DNA from: Myxococcota bacterium
GTDB taxonomy: Bacteria > Myxococcota_A > SURF-8 > G963663525
DNA: 64,000 nucleotides
Assembly (NCBI GenBank): GCA_963676915.2
Contig: CAXXVK010000067.1
Coordinates: 128,001 to 192,000 of the forward strand
Reading direction: 5' to 3'
How positions within the stretch are numbered: the first letter of the stretch is position 1; the number at the start of each line of letters is the position of its first letter. The notes beneath the pieces were generated by a model. It was given only the letters and a program-made list of their open reading frames with translations. It was not told the DNA's origin and did not search any database. The position numbers were made by a program, and so were the translations under genes. Shown in pieces: positions 41,515 to 51,721 of the stretch.

Positions 41515-42032
41515 GCTTACCGGGCAACTCCTGAACATGACCGACCTGGCACGGGATGCCGATGTTGCTCCGAATACGGCCAAGACCTGGCTATCCATCC
41601 TCCAAGCTTCGGGGGTGAGTGTACCATACGAATGTTACCAAACGGCTTGTGAAAACTCCCAAGCTTTACATGCTGGACACTGGTTTGTGTGCCTACCTGA
41701 CGGAGTGGTCGAGTCCCAAAACCCTGGAGGCCGGGGCCATGTCCGGTGCAGTACTTGAGACGTGGATCATTGTGGAACTTCTGAAAAGCTACTGGTACAA
41801 AGGCTTGCAGGCTCCGTTCTACTACTACCGGGACAAAGACCAGAAAGAGGTTGACCTGCTGATCGTTCAGGCCGGGACGATGTACCCGGTTGAAATCAAA
41901 AAGACCGCCTTCTCCGGCAAGAAGGATGTCTGACATTTTCTGCCGGTCAGGGATGGTGGGATCATCTGCCTTGCAACCGAAGCATTTCCACTGACAGAAT
42001 CGATCTGGTCGGTACCGGTGGGGATGCTATGA
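41515..42032 (+). pseudogene. AAA_14/DUF4143 ATP-binding protein, C-terminal remnant
   Basis: TGQLLN..LARD..V.PNT.K.WLSIL, KRLVKTPKLY.LDTGL, YYYRDKD.KEVD, YPVEIK; N-terminal ATPase absent, internal deletion and stop. Confidence 0.8.
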
Positions 42033-42220
42033 AGAATCTTCGAACACTTTTTCAGGGTACCCCTCTCACACACCGGGCTTTGTACAGGTTGAATACACAA
42101 AAAGCGAAACGCCTACAAATCCCAAACAACGAGACAATGAATCGTCAAGAAGATAGGAAAATAGCTATTTCAAGCTTAACAGAACACCATGAATAGAATG
42201 TTAGCCAAAGCTAAAACTTG

Positions 42221-43724
42221 CTAATATGGAATTTCCGTTTTAGGAATCAATACAGTAAAGGTGGTTCCTACTCCCACTTCGCTTTCGACGCGGATATAGC
42301 CTCCGTGTTTGCGAACAATCCCCTGGGAAACCGACAACCCCAATCCCGTTCCCTTTCCTTTCGTCGTAAAAAACGGTTCGAAAATTCGCTGCCGCGTATG
42401 CTCGGGTTATGCCGGGGCCGTTGTCGATGACATTGACCTTGACAAATCCTTTATCAGACTGGCCGTCCGCGTTGATACGGATCACCCCTTTTTCCGGTAT
42501 GGCTTGAAGTGCGTTAAGGAGCAAATTCACGAAAACCTGGCAAAGAAGCTGTCCGTCTCCATGAATCGGGGGAAGGTTTTCCGGGATATCGACCTTCAAG
42601 CAAACTTTGGAAATTTTCATCTGGTTGGATACGAGTTGTGCGGATCGATGAACGACGTCCACAAGATTCAATGGCTCCAGATTGATTTCCTGCTCTTTTG
42701 CGAAATCGAGAAGATTCCGAACGATGCGCCTGGCTCGTTCGGCTTCGCCGATGATCTCTTCGATCATTTCGACTTTTTCGTCCTTATCGTAATCCTCGTA
42801 ATCCTCCATGATCGTCGAAGCGGTTAACATGACGTTATTCAAAGGATTGTTGAGTTCGTGCGCCACTCCGGCCACCAAACTGCCGATGGCCCGGATCTTG
42901 TGACTTTCCACCATAATTTGATGACGATACTCCAGTTCGTCGATCATGTGGTTGAATGCATGGGCTAGTTGGGTAAATTCATCGCGATATTTGCGTCTTG
43001 GGGTAATGTGAGTGAAATCGCCCTTGCCGATACGGTCCGTGTACGACATAAAACGTGAAAGCGCGTTCAATAAAGGACGGGTAATCAGGATACTGATCGC
43101 CAGCATCATAACAAAAAGGATGCCTAAAAAAACGCGTGGAATATGGCGAATCAGTATAAAGGTCTGATCTACGGATTTTTTTTCCTGTGCCGAAAAATTT
43201 CCGGCAAAAGCAACCAACGTCGATCCATGTTCCCGCAACTGGTTCTCGATTTGTATTCGCACCTTGCCCGAAGGATGATTTCCCAGTTTTTGCAGCAAAA
43301 CGTCGTATTCTGAAGTATGCTCCACAATCATCCGGTAATTTTCTTTTGAAACCACGTTGCTAACCATGGATTCATTGACATTTAGAAGTTTCCTGGCGTT
43401 TCCTACATGCTCTAGGGCATCTTCAAGATTTGTCCCATAAAGTAGATAATTCTTCTCGAAACGCCGCGCCTGCTGGATTTCGTTCATGTAACTGTCAGCG
43501 ACTTCCAGAAAGTGGGTTTTGTTCTGAAGGACCGATAGGGTATAAATGATCCATATGTTGATAATTGCTGCAAAACCGAAAATGAAAAGAAAAGAAAGGA
43601 TCAATCTAGTCCTGATCCCGAATTTCGGCCTTTCGAACAGATCCTGAGAATCTCTTTTCCTTGTAATCTGCGATCGTTCGCTTTTAGGCAAAGCGGAAGA
43701 AATGTTGTAGTCATCGCCGGGCAT
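42221..43724 (-). CDS. HAMP-domain sensor histidine kinase (frameshift near 42405)
   Basis: 2 [14 protein letters not shown] sensor, [37 protein letters not shown]. Removing one base restores [18 protein letters not shown]...TTFTV, ending at 42221. Confidence 0.85.
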
Positions 43725-43740
43725 CTGGACCTTTCCAGAT

Positions 43741-46217
43741 TCAACGGAAGGCTTCAAGTCTGCCTTCTAAGAAGTATTTTATATAGGTCTTCACGGTATC
43801 GTCGTTGGCAAGAATATAGTCGAGCTCACGCGCGCAGGCCATCAATCTTCCCAACGTTTCCAAGGCTTCTTCCGTCTCTTTTCTCGGGTGGAACCTGAAC
43901 CATGCTGCTACGATATCTCCCCGACAGTCTACACTGAAACCGGATGATCGTTAAAACGACTTCAAGAAATTTAGCCCGTCGCTTTCGATTGGCCTCGGAT
44001 GCCCCTCCTCCTTGGAAGCGAAATGTCACATAGTTTTTTTCAATTCCCGATCCTGCAACTGCATCCACCATCGCATAGTGGAATACGAAACGGGCATTGA
44101 AGTTCATGTAATCCTTTGCAATGATGAAATAATTCGTATCCGAAGGGCGACGCGGCCCTTTCGACCCACCCATCACCTGCTCGACAAAGTCTTTGGGAAG
44201 AGCTTCCAAAGCAGGATTCGAACGTCGTTCCCAAGCCACGGTAGCACTGGACAATCCTTGCCAAAACGCCTGGAAGGGGTGACTGAAGACTTTGGACGGG
44301 GATAACTTTTTTCCTTCCATCAAGGTTGAACCATCAAGATCGATCAATTTGGTTTTAATTTGGATGGGCGTTTCAATTGGAATTGCCCGCTGCCTCCAGA
44401 TTCTGTTCTGTCGATCTCCCAAAGCAAACATCGACCGGACCGACATTTCATGAATATATCGAATCGTATCGTGGAGAGACTTGCAGTTTTTCGGTTTGAA
44501 ATCCGACCGGTGCGGATCGTCGAGATTCAGCATCAGCACGGACTCGTGGAGCGGACCGGAAACTTTCTTGGGATTTCGCGACCGTATCCGCGCCAACATC
44601 CGATCGCGCAGGCCGGGCCACTTGGTTCCACGATAAATTCGCCTTTTCGTGGCATCCATGCTCACGACCGAACCCTGTCCGAGTTGCCATACGGCTTCTC
44701 CCACATTGAACAGGCAAGGGACGGCGAATTCACGAACGAGCGTTGCCAGATGTCCCACAGGGTTGCCTTCCTCCACAAGCAATCCGCCAATATGAGGAAG
44801 CAAGGGGGCAAGTTTGGGTGTTGCCTGGGCTACAACGACGATAGCGCCCTTTTTGCTGAGCGCCAATTCCCCTTTCTCCGAAAGATATTCCACGGGCCCT
44901 TCCGCTCTGCCAGGAAAAATCGTGACCCCCTGTTCCACGATCGGCATGGTTTCACGTTCGCGATATTTTTCCTGTTCCGTTGAGTCTCCCCGGTGCAATT
45001 TGCGCCCCTGTAGCAGCCAGATTGCATCGTCAGAATCAATGGCCCACTCCAGGTCCATGTCGTGCCCAATGGCTTTCGCGACGAAGAAGGCGAGTTTTCC
45101 AAGCTTTTCCAGCATCTCTTCCGGTATTCGCTTCGAATAAAGCGGAGTTTGCGAGGAAAGATCGATTGCCGGTTCCTGTCTCAAGAGACTCGGTTCCTCT
45201 TCTCTGGAAAGGAAAAATGTATCGGCGTTTTTTTCCCCACGAATCATGGTATCCGCCAAACCGGGAACCGCACTTGCCAGCATTCCTTGGGTTCCATCTT
45301 TTCCCAAGGCGTAGGTATACAATACACCTGCAAAACGAGGTTGAATGAGCGGCATGAACAATACGGCCATCGGTGTGTCGATTTCCCTGATTCCGTGATC
45401 GAGCCTGTAACGCATGGCTCGATGGGAAAAGCGACTCGCCAACACATCAATATAGGCGGATTCCAAACGATCGGCTTCGACCCCCAGAACGCTGTCGAAT
45501 TGCCCGGCGAATGTGAATTCGTTATCTTCCAGAACGGAACTCGACCGAACGGCCCACTTGGTTTCCGCATCGTCGTTCATCGAGTTGGCGTGATCGGTAA
45601 TCGCTTTGCGTATCGGTTCCGGCAACGCGGCAGATTTGAAAAGCTTCCGGGCGGCCTGCAACCGCGATCGGAACAGATCGGAATCTTCGACATGCGACAA
45701 ATCATGAATTAAAGCGCGTATCCGCTCGTTCAGGCCGTTTTCCTTCATGAAGAGACGATAGGCTTCGGTCGTGATAATGAAACCGTCGGGGACGTGATCG
45801 GGTAATATTCTGCGTAAGCCTACCAATCCGGCAGCTTTTCCACCGATCAAAGGAGCGTTTTCGGAAGCCTCCGTGAGTTTCACGGACAGTACATGGGTTC
45901 GAGCATTGTTCAACTCATTGAAAATCGATCGAAGCCGGTTGTCGATGTCACTGATGGATCGATATAGGGCTTTGTGCCGGTCGCTGTCGAGGAGGTTCAA
46001 CTCCTGAGCCATCAACAGAGTTTCATCAACGATTCTTCGGATGGGGCGCCGGATGCTTGCATAGGTGTAATCCATGAAATTCAGATCCGCTTCCAAATCC
46101 GCCATGAGTTGCAGAACCGAGCCGTTTTTTTTTCAACAAGGACCGAAAAGTTCTATAATGTCGGTACAATTCATGATTCACCGGTACCGGGGTGATTTCG
46201 GAGAGGTCCGTGGTCAT
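43741..46217 (-). CDS. PEP/pyruvate-binding (ATP-grasp) + His-swivel 'dikinase-like' protein (frameshifts near 46130 and 43952)
   Basis: GGKAAGL, VPDGF, AVRSSS..ED...FAGQF, DLEWA, LLQGR (ATP-grasp); GNPVGHLATLVREFAVP (phospho-His swivel); non-canonical C-terminal domain. One-base corrections give a frame from ATG 46217 to TGA 43741. Confidence 0.8.
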
Positions 46218-46618
46218 GACGTTTTCTCCACTTCTACGCCTCTTCCTTTTCGGGCCTTGTCCGCTTTTTCGATAATCACTCGGAGGTCGCTGGGTTTGAA
46301 CGGCTTGGCGATGAAATCGAAGGCACCTTTGACGAGGGCTTCGCGGGCAATTTCAACCGTGGCGTATCCCGTGATGATAATGACTTTCGTCTCTGGTGAC
46401 TTCGCTTGAACGTGCTCCAGAACCTGGATTCCATCGATGTCATCCATTCGCACGTCCGTGACGACGATATCGAAAGCTTCTTGGTCCACTCGCTCGATGG
46501 CGGCCCTTCCGTCGCCAAAGACTTCCACCTCGTACCCTTTTTTCTCCAACGAGGGTTTAAGTCGCTTTCCAACAATTGCTTCGTCGTCCACAAGCATGAT
46601 TTTCGTTTTCCGGTCCAT
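46214..46618 (-). CDS. Single-domain response regulator (REC only)
   Basis: LVDDE, DIVVTDVRM, IITGY, FIAKPF; stop overlaps the next start (ATGA). Confidence 0.92.
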   Translation of the reverse strand: MDRKTKIMLVDDEAIVGKRLKPSLEKKGYEVEVFGDGRAAIERVDQEAFDIVVTDVRMDDIDGIQVLEHVQAKSPETKVIIITGYATVEIAREALVKGAFDFIAKPFKPSDLRVIIEKADKARKGRGVEVEKTS

Positions 46619-46636
46619 TTATAGCGTCCTCCGTAA

Positions 46637-47749
46637 TCAGGTGGGAGAGTGTTCTATACGGGTCGATTTCCCCCGTGCCAGAGATCTGGCGATTTTCCGT
46701 TTGTGTCGATAGGCTCTCAGCACGTTGAACAGGATGATGGCGCAGCCCGAAAGCCCTGCGGCAAAAAGAAGCACTTTGCTGGCTTGATTGAAATAAGGAT
46801 CCCATTCCGAGTTGAGATCTATGAACCCTAGTTGTCTCAGGTACATCGGCATTGCAATGGCGCGACTGATGACGCAAAGAATAATGATTACGCCGGTGAC
46901 GATTCGGATCACGATTTCCTTTACGACTTTCGTACCGTAGGTTCCAATGTAAATTCCTACAAGCGAGCCGCAATACAGCAAGAGAACCAATCGTATATCC
47001 ACATAGCCTTGATAGACATAGTTCAGTGCACCGAACGCTCCCATGAACATCGCCATGAACAATTCCGTTCCGGCAGCCACAGCCGTCGGCATTCCAAATA
47101 CATAGATCATCGCCGGAACGCCGATGAAACCTCCCACACCAATCGTTCCTGCCAAGTAGCCGGTCGCCAATCCGACGGCCAACAGCACCCACAGAGAAAC
47201 CTTCACATCCGCAACGGGGAAGGAAATGATCGGGTACAGTTTGAACCGGTGCAGGAAATCAACGATTCGTGTGGAGGGTCCGCCGTTTCCGTCTTGGCTG
47301 CTCAAGGCATCTTTGAGCATGGAAATAGCGACAAGAGATAAAATAAAAACGAAAATGACCGAAATATAAAGGTCAGCAGCAGCTCCCTGGGCAGCTTCTC
47401 CATGTCCCCCGGCACCGCCTTCAAAAAGAGCCGTATTGATGACAACTGCGAGCCGAATGCCTAAAAATGCAGTTACCAACAGGAAAATACCCAGCTTTTT
47501 ATCGACATTTCCAAGTTCGCCATGCTGCTTCGACCCCATCATGGCTTTTCCAAATTTATGCGTAATATTGCTTCCGACAGCCACGACACCAGGTACGCCT
47601 AAATTCATCATGCCCGGCGTCATGAAGAATGCACCTCCACTCCCGATAAAACCGGACAAAATGCCGCCGATAAAGCCGAGAATGGCGACCTGTATGCCGT
47701 TGGATAATGTAACGTTGATAAACAGATCACTTAGTTCCTGAGGAATCAT
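46637..47749 (-). CDS. TauE/SafE (TSUP, DUF81) family transporter
   Basis: GF.GG..SGFIGSGGAF..TP and the second repeat G.LAGTIGVGGFIGVP...AAGT; about 8-9 TM. Confidence 0.88.
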   Translation of the reverse strand: MIPQELSDLFINVTLSNGIQVAILGFIGGILSGFIGSGGAFFMTPGMMNLGVPGVVAVGSNITHKFGKAMMGSKQHGELGNVDKKLGIFLLVTAFLGIRLAVVINTALFEGGAGGHGEAAQGAAADLYISVIFVFILSLVAISMLKDALSSQDGNGGPSTRIVDFLHRFKLYPIISFPVADVKVSLWVLLAVGLATGYLAGTIGVGGFIGVPAMIYVFGMPTAVAAGTELFMAMFMGAFGALNYVYQGYVDIRLVLLLYCGSLVGIYIGTYGTKVVKEIVIRIVTGVIIILCVISRAIAMPMYLRQLGFIDLNSEWDPYFNQASKVLLFAAGLSGCAIILFNVLRAYRHKRKIARSLARGKSTRIEHSPT

Positions 47750-47804
47750 TTTTTAACCTCTTTGCACCGATTGTTTCCCGTTTTCATAACAATTTTTCCA
47801 TCGT

Positions 47805-49327
47805 TTATTCGATCCGCACCAATTTCAGCAGGGTTTTCGCAACGTTCCCATACAAAAACGCGTATAAGGGCACAAGAACAACCACAAACACTGCAGCGAT
47901 AACTTTTCCCGATAACGTTGAGGCATGAACAAAGGAAAGCATGGTCCCTTGATGGGTAAGCACTGAAATGATAATCCCCATCGCAAACACGAGAAAGACA
48001 GCGAACTTAATCGCCTGTTTGAAAGTGAACATATACGTTTTTTCCAGTTCTTCCGCTTCCACAACCGGTGTATGCAGTTTGTCGCTCAATGAAGCGATCA
48101 GTTCACGCCTCATGCGAATCTGCGCCGCGTGTCCTTTTGTTGTAAATACATTTCCTATGGCCACCAGGTTGTATTTCACGTTACCATCCAGGGTATTGAG
48201 CAAATGTTTTGTTTCGGCCTCCACAGGAGAAATGCCGTCCCGCTACACCGTCCTTGGCCAGCATCGAGTACGTATCATTCAACCCCCCATCGTCCTGCCT
48301 GGCAGAAGCCGTATCCGGTGTATCATCTTCAATGCCACCGTTGTAATCAGTCGAACTCGGTACAATCGGTTGTGATTGGACGGCGTCCTCTGGTGGGTTG
48401 ACCTGATTTTCAGTGGAATCAGGATTGTAGCGGATGAGCTCAACCGCTGCATTCCAGCGGTTAGCGATATCTACGACTTGATTATACGTTTCTTCCGAAT
48501 CGGTAAAATTTTCCTGTATCCAGAGAATATGTGTGGCAGCCATCGTCGTGACCACATCTTTGATGCCATCGACATGACCTACGATGCCTGGAATCATCTC
48601 TGCAACCTGGGTATTGACGGGACGATAGGTCACCGTCGCGGTTCCATCGACGCATTCAATACGGAAAGAGGCGTTCGCTGTGTGCTTGTTTCGGGCCAAA
48701 GCGAGACGAGCCTGTGAAGCGAGCCAGAGGTTTTCAAGAACCTGTGTCGAAGCCGGAACCCCTTGGAACTCCGGAAGAGCTGCCAACGAACAAAGAGCTG
48801 TGGCGGCGTTGACGGTTGTCATGCTGTCAAAGTTCAATGTCATGTCATATTGTGAATGCTCGTTCCAATCCACTCCGTATAGGGTTTTTATCCAACGGTG
48901 AAGATCCTCGTTCACGTCTTCGATATATTTGATTCGCTTTTTCCCACGAAATATTCATTCGCGTCATAATCGAATGAATTTGCTGTTCGATATTTTCGAT
49001 GACTTTGACACGCAAAATGTGCCGAATCCCCGGGAAAAGAAGATGCCCCGCCCGACCATGGTAAACGATATTCGATTGCAAGGCACGTTCGCATAGATAG
49101 GAGGTGGCGAATGCTTGGTAGTGTTCCTTGATAAGCAGAAGGCGATCATTGAAACGTCTCGGCTTAACGATCGCCGTTTCCATCTTTCCAACGGGAATAC
49201 CGTCTTTGATTGCGGCTTCAACAAGCTCTTCCCGACTGATGCATAGGTGTCCGAGATTGCTCGCCAATGCTTCCGCAAGTTCTTTGCCTTTTTCGAAACT
49301 TCCTCTCGATATCGTCGTGATCTGCAT
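47805..49327 (-). CDS. Cytidylate-kinase-like protein with C-terminal 2-TM extension (frameshifts near 48930 and 48210-48245)
   Basis: ITTISRGSF..G.ELAE.LA, VYHGRAGH, LYGVDW...QYD. Three consecutive ORFs (48845-49327, 48181-48915, 47805-48224) join by single-base corrections. Confidence 0.7.
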
Positions 49328-49370
49328 GGTTCATTCACTGCCTTTTCAATTGGTTTTCAACACCATGTCT

Positions 49371-49808
49371 TTACGATTCCGCTTCTGCCTTACGTTTCGG
49401 GATAAGAACCGGACATCCCAATACTTTTTCAACCTGAGAAAGCCAGTGTCCGGTCCATAATCCCGACCGAACTTTGACCGTATGTTCGTTTCCTCCCCAA
49501 ACTGCACTTTCGAAGGATGAATAATCGGACATGAATTTGTAGAACTCTGAAAGTGGATCGCCGATTTTAACGACGATCGACGAAGGAACCAAGGTTCCTA
49601 CGAGGTTTTCCAAATGGTGCCCGAGCACGTCACGATATTGCGTTTTCAGGCGATCCGAATCCTCTGCCGATAAAGAATCGAACTTGAGCAAGAGAAGAAA
49701 AAGGATTTCAGCATTTGTTCTTTTGGCAAGTCCCACTGCGAAAAGGACCGCTTCTTTTCGGACTTCAAGATCTTCAAACAAAACGATGATTTTTCTGTGG
49801 CGGCTCAT
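49371..49808 (-). CDS. Universal stress protein-like
   Basis: KIIV......EAVLFAVGLAKR, V.IGDP, terminal CPVLIP pattern of the USP fold. Confidence 0.6.
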   Translation of the reverse strand: MSRHRKIIVLFEDLEVRKEAVLFAVGLAKRTNAEILFLLLLKFDSLSAEDSDRLKTQYRDVLGHHLENLVGTLVPSSIVVKIGDPLSEFYKFMSDYSSFESAVWGGNEHTVKVRSGLWTGHWLSQVEKVLGCPVLIPKRKAEAES

Positions 49809-49845
49809 ATTCGATTTTCCGGTTAATGAAACAGAAAAATCATTG

Positions 49846-49862
49846 AGCAAGATCCGTACCTA
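49846..49862 (-). promoter_or_regulatory. Sigma-54 (-24/-12) promoter of the USP-TauE operon
   Basis: Minus strand TAGGTACGGATCTTGCT = GG-N10-GC, about 40 nt upstream of ATG 49808. Confidence 0.7.
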
Positions 49863-50091
49863 AAAATTGACAACGGGTTTGAACGTCAATTTATCTGAAG
49901 ATCGTTCAAGCACTTTCTCAGACTTCTTCGACGGAAACGACCAGCAGTAACTCCAATGGATGACAAAAGATTTTTCGCCATGCACGTTGCACTCGCAGAA
50001 GCAAATCACAAGGGGTGAATGTGCCAGCTAACGGAAGGTACAAACTCAAACGATTTGATGGGAACCGATGGACTGATGAAGGACAGCCCAC

Positions 50092-50195
50092 GTTGCAAAT
50101 TGCGACACTTTTTTTCTGTATTAGGTTTTTACAAGTGGTTTCGGTGGGTTAGTTGCTGAGACGAATTTTTTGTAAATGTGTTGCAAAATGATACA
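50092..50195. promoter_or_regulatory. Putative enhancer (UAS) sites for the adjacent sigma-54 activator
   Basis: GTTGCAAATTGCGAC (50092-50106) and TGTTGCAAAATGATACA (50179-50195) match the palindrome TGTTGCAAAATGCAACA at 51622-51638. Confidence 0.6.
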
Positions 50196-50216
50196 ACTTA
50201 TAGATGCTGAATGGGT

Positions 50217-51602
50217 CTATTCCTTGAATTGAGCCTTTTTCAACTTGCGATACAAGGATGCACGATTGATCCCGAGCAATTCAGCAGCTTTGCTTTTGTT
50301 GTAATTGGTTTGCTCCAACACCCATGAAATGTAATCGTATTCCATTTCTTCTATGGATTGAATCGGAGACGAATGTTTTTGAAAGCGGAAAACCTCAATC
50401 TCTCTCAAATCATCGGGTAAATCCTCTGCTTCGATGAAATCAGACCGAGCCAAGACAGCAGATCGTTCGACAATGTTTTCCAATTCTCGCACATTGCCTG
50501 GATACTTATAGGAGATAAGAACAGACATGGCTTCCCGGGAAAATCCCAAGACCTTTTTTGCGGATCGCCGATTGAACCGGTCGAGAAAATGATTGGCAAG
50601 AGGTGAAATGTCGTCCTGTCGCTCGGCCAGTGTCGGAATGTGAATCGGAACCACGTTCAGCCGGTAGTAAAGATCCTCTCTAAACGTCCCCGATTCCATG
50701 GCTTTCTTCAGATTTTTATTGGTCGCCGCAATGATTCTCAAATCGACTGGAATCGCCTGAACGCCGCCGACACGAAGCAGTTCGCGTTCCTGGATAACAC
50801 GTAAAAGCTTCGATTGCATACCGGAAGACATATCTCCCGCTTCATCGAAAAAAATCGTTCCGCCATTGGCACTTTCCAGCAATCCCGGTCGGGAAGTCGT
50901 AGCCCCGGTATAAGAGCCTTTTTCATGTCCAAACAACTCGTTGGACAACAAATCGTCTGCGAAGGAAGCACAGTTGATCGGCAAAAAACGTTTGGAAGCA
51001 CGGGCGCTTAGACCATGAATGGCTGATGCGACCAACTCTTTTCCGGTTCCCGAATCACCCGTAATCAGGACATTGGAATCCGTGACTGCAATTTGCCGGA
51101 TCAAACGTTTGATTTTCAAAATCTGTGGGCTTGTGCCGATAATGCGATCCAAGCCCTTACCGGCTTGCTTCTGAAGGTTGTCGATTTGGAGACGCAGTCG
51201 ACGTTTTTCCAGGGCCTGTTCGGTAATATGCTTTACTTCCCCGGCACGTAAAGGTTTCGTAACATAATGAAATGCTTTGTTTTTTATCGCTTCGATGGCA
51301 GTTTCTACCGATCCGTATCCCGTGACGATAATGACCTCGGAATAAGGATCGAGATTTTTAGCGACCTGAAGAACCTCCAGACCATCCACATCGTCCATTC
51401 TCAGGTCGGTCAACACTACGCTGAACGACTCACGTTCAAGTAGTGCAATGGCGTCCCTGCCCGATCCTGCGGTGCGTATCTCGTAGGAATCATTGCGAAA
51501 AATTCGCCGTAAAGCCCGCCGCGTTACGGGGTCGTCATCGACAATAAGGATACGATCGAATGGATCGATTACATTTGCATGAGGTTGGTTTTCTTTAGTC
51601 AT
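50217..51602 (-). CDS. Sigma-54-dependent response regulator (NtrC/AtoC/ZraR family)
   Basis: REC; GDSGTGKE; ELFGHEKGSYTGA (GAFTGA variant); FREDLYYRLNV; YPGNVREL; Fis-type HTH NKSKAAELLGINRASLYRKL. Confidence 0.95.
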   Translation of the reverse strand: MTKENQPHANVIDPFDRILIVDDDPVTRRALRRIFRNDSYEIRTAGSGRDAIALLERESFSVVLTDLRMDDVDGLEVLQVAKNLDPYSEVIIVTGYGSVETAIEAIKNKAFHYVTKPLRAGEVKHITEQALEKRRLRLQIDNLQKQAGKGLDRIIGTSPQILKIKRLIRQIAVTDSNVLITGDSGTGKELVASAIHGLSARASKRFLPINCASFADDLLSNELFGHEKGSYTGATTSRPGLLESANGGTIFFDEAGDMSSGMQSKLLRVIQERELLRVGGVQAIPVDLRIIAATNKNLKKAMESGTFREDLYYRLNVVPIHIPTLAERQDDISPLANHFLDRFNRRSAKKVLGFSREAMSVLISYKYPGNVRELENIVERSAVLARSDFIEAEDLPDDLREIEVFRFQKHSSPIQSIEEMEYDYISWVLEQTNYNKSKAAELLGINRASLYRKLKKAQFKE

Positions 51603-51621
51603 GTGCTCATTCTATGCGAGA

Positions 51622-51661
51622 TGTTGCAAAATGCAACACGAAAAATGGCAAACTATTTGCA
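51622..51661 (+). promoter_or_regulatory. Palindromic activator site plus sigma-54 promoter for the 51722 gene
   Basis: TGTTGCA-AAA-TGCAACA (51622-51638) followed by TGGCAAACTATTTGCA (GG-N10-GC, 51646-51661). Confidence 0.7.
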
Positions 51662-51721
51662 ATTACCTCATTGGGAAAAACTCATCCACGCAAACACCGC
51701 GTGTTTTAAAGGAGATGTACA

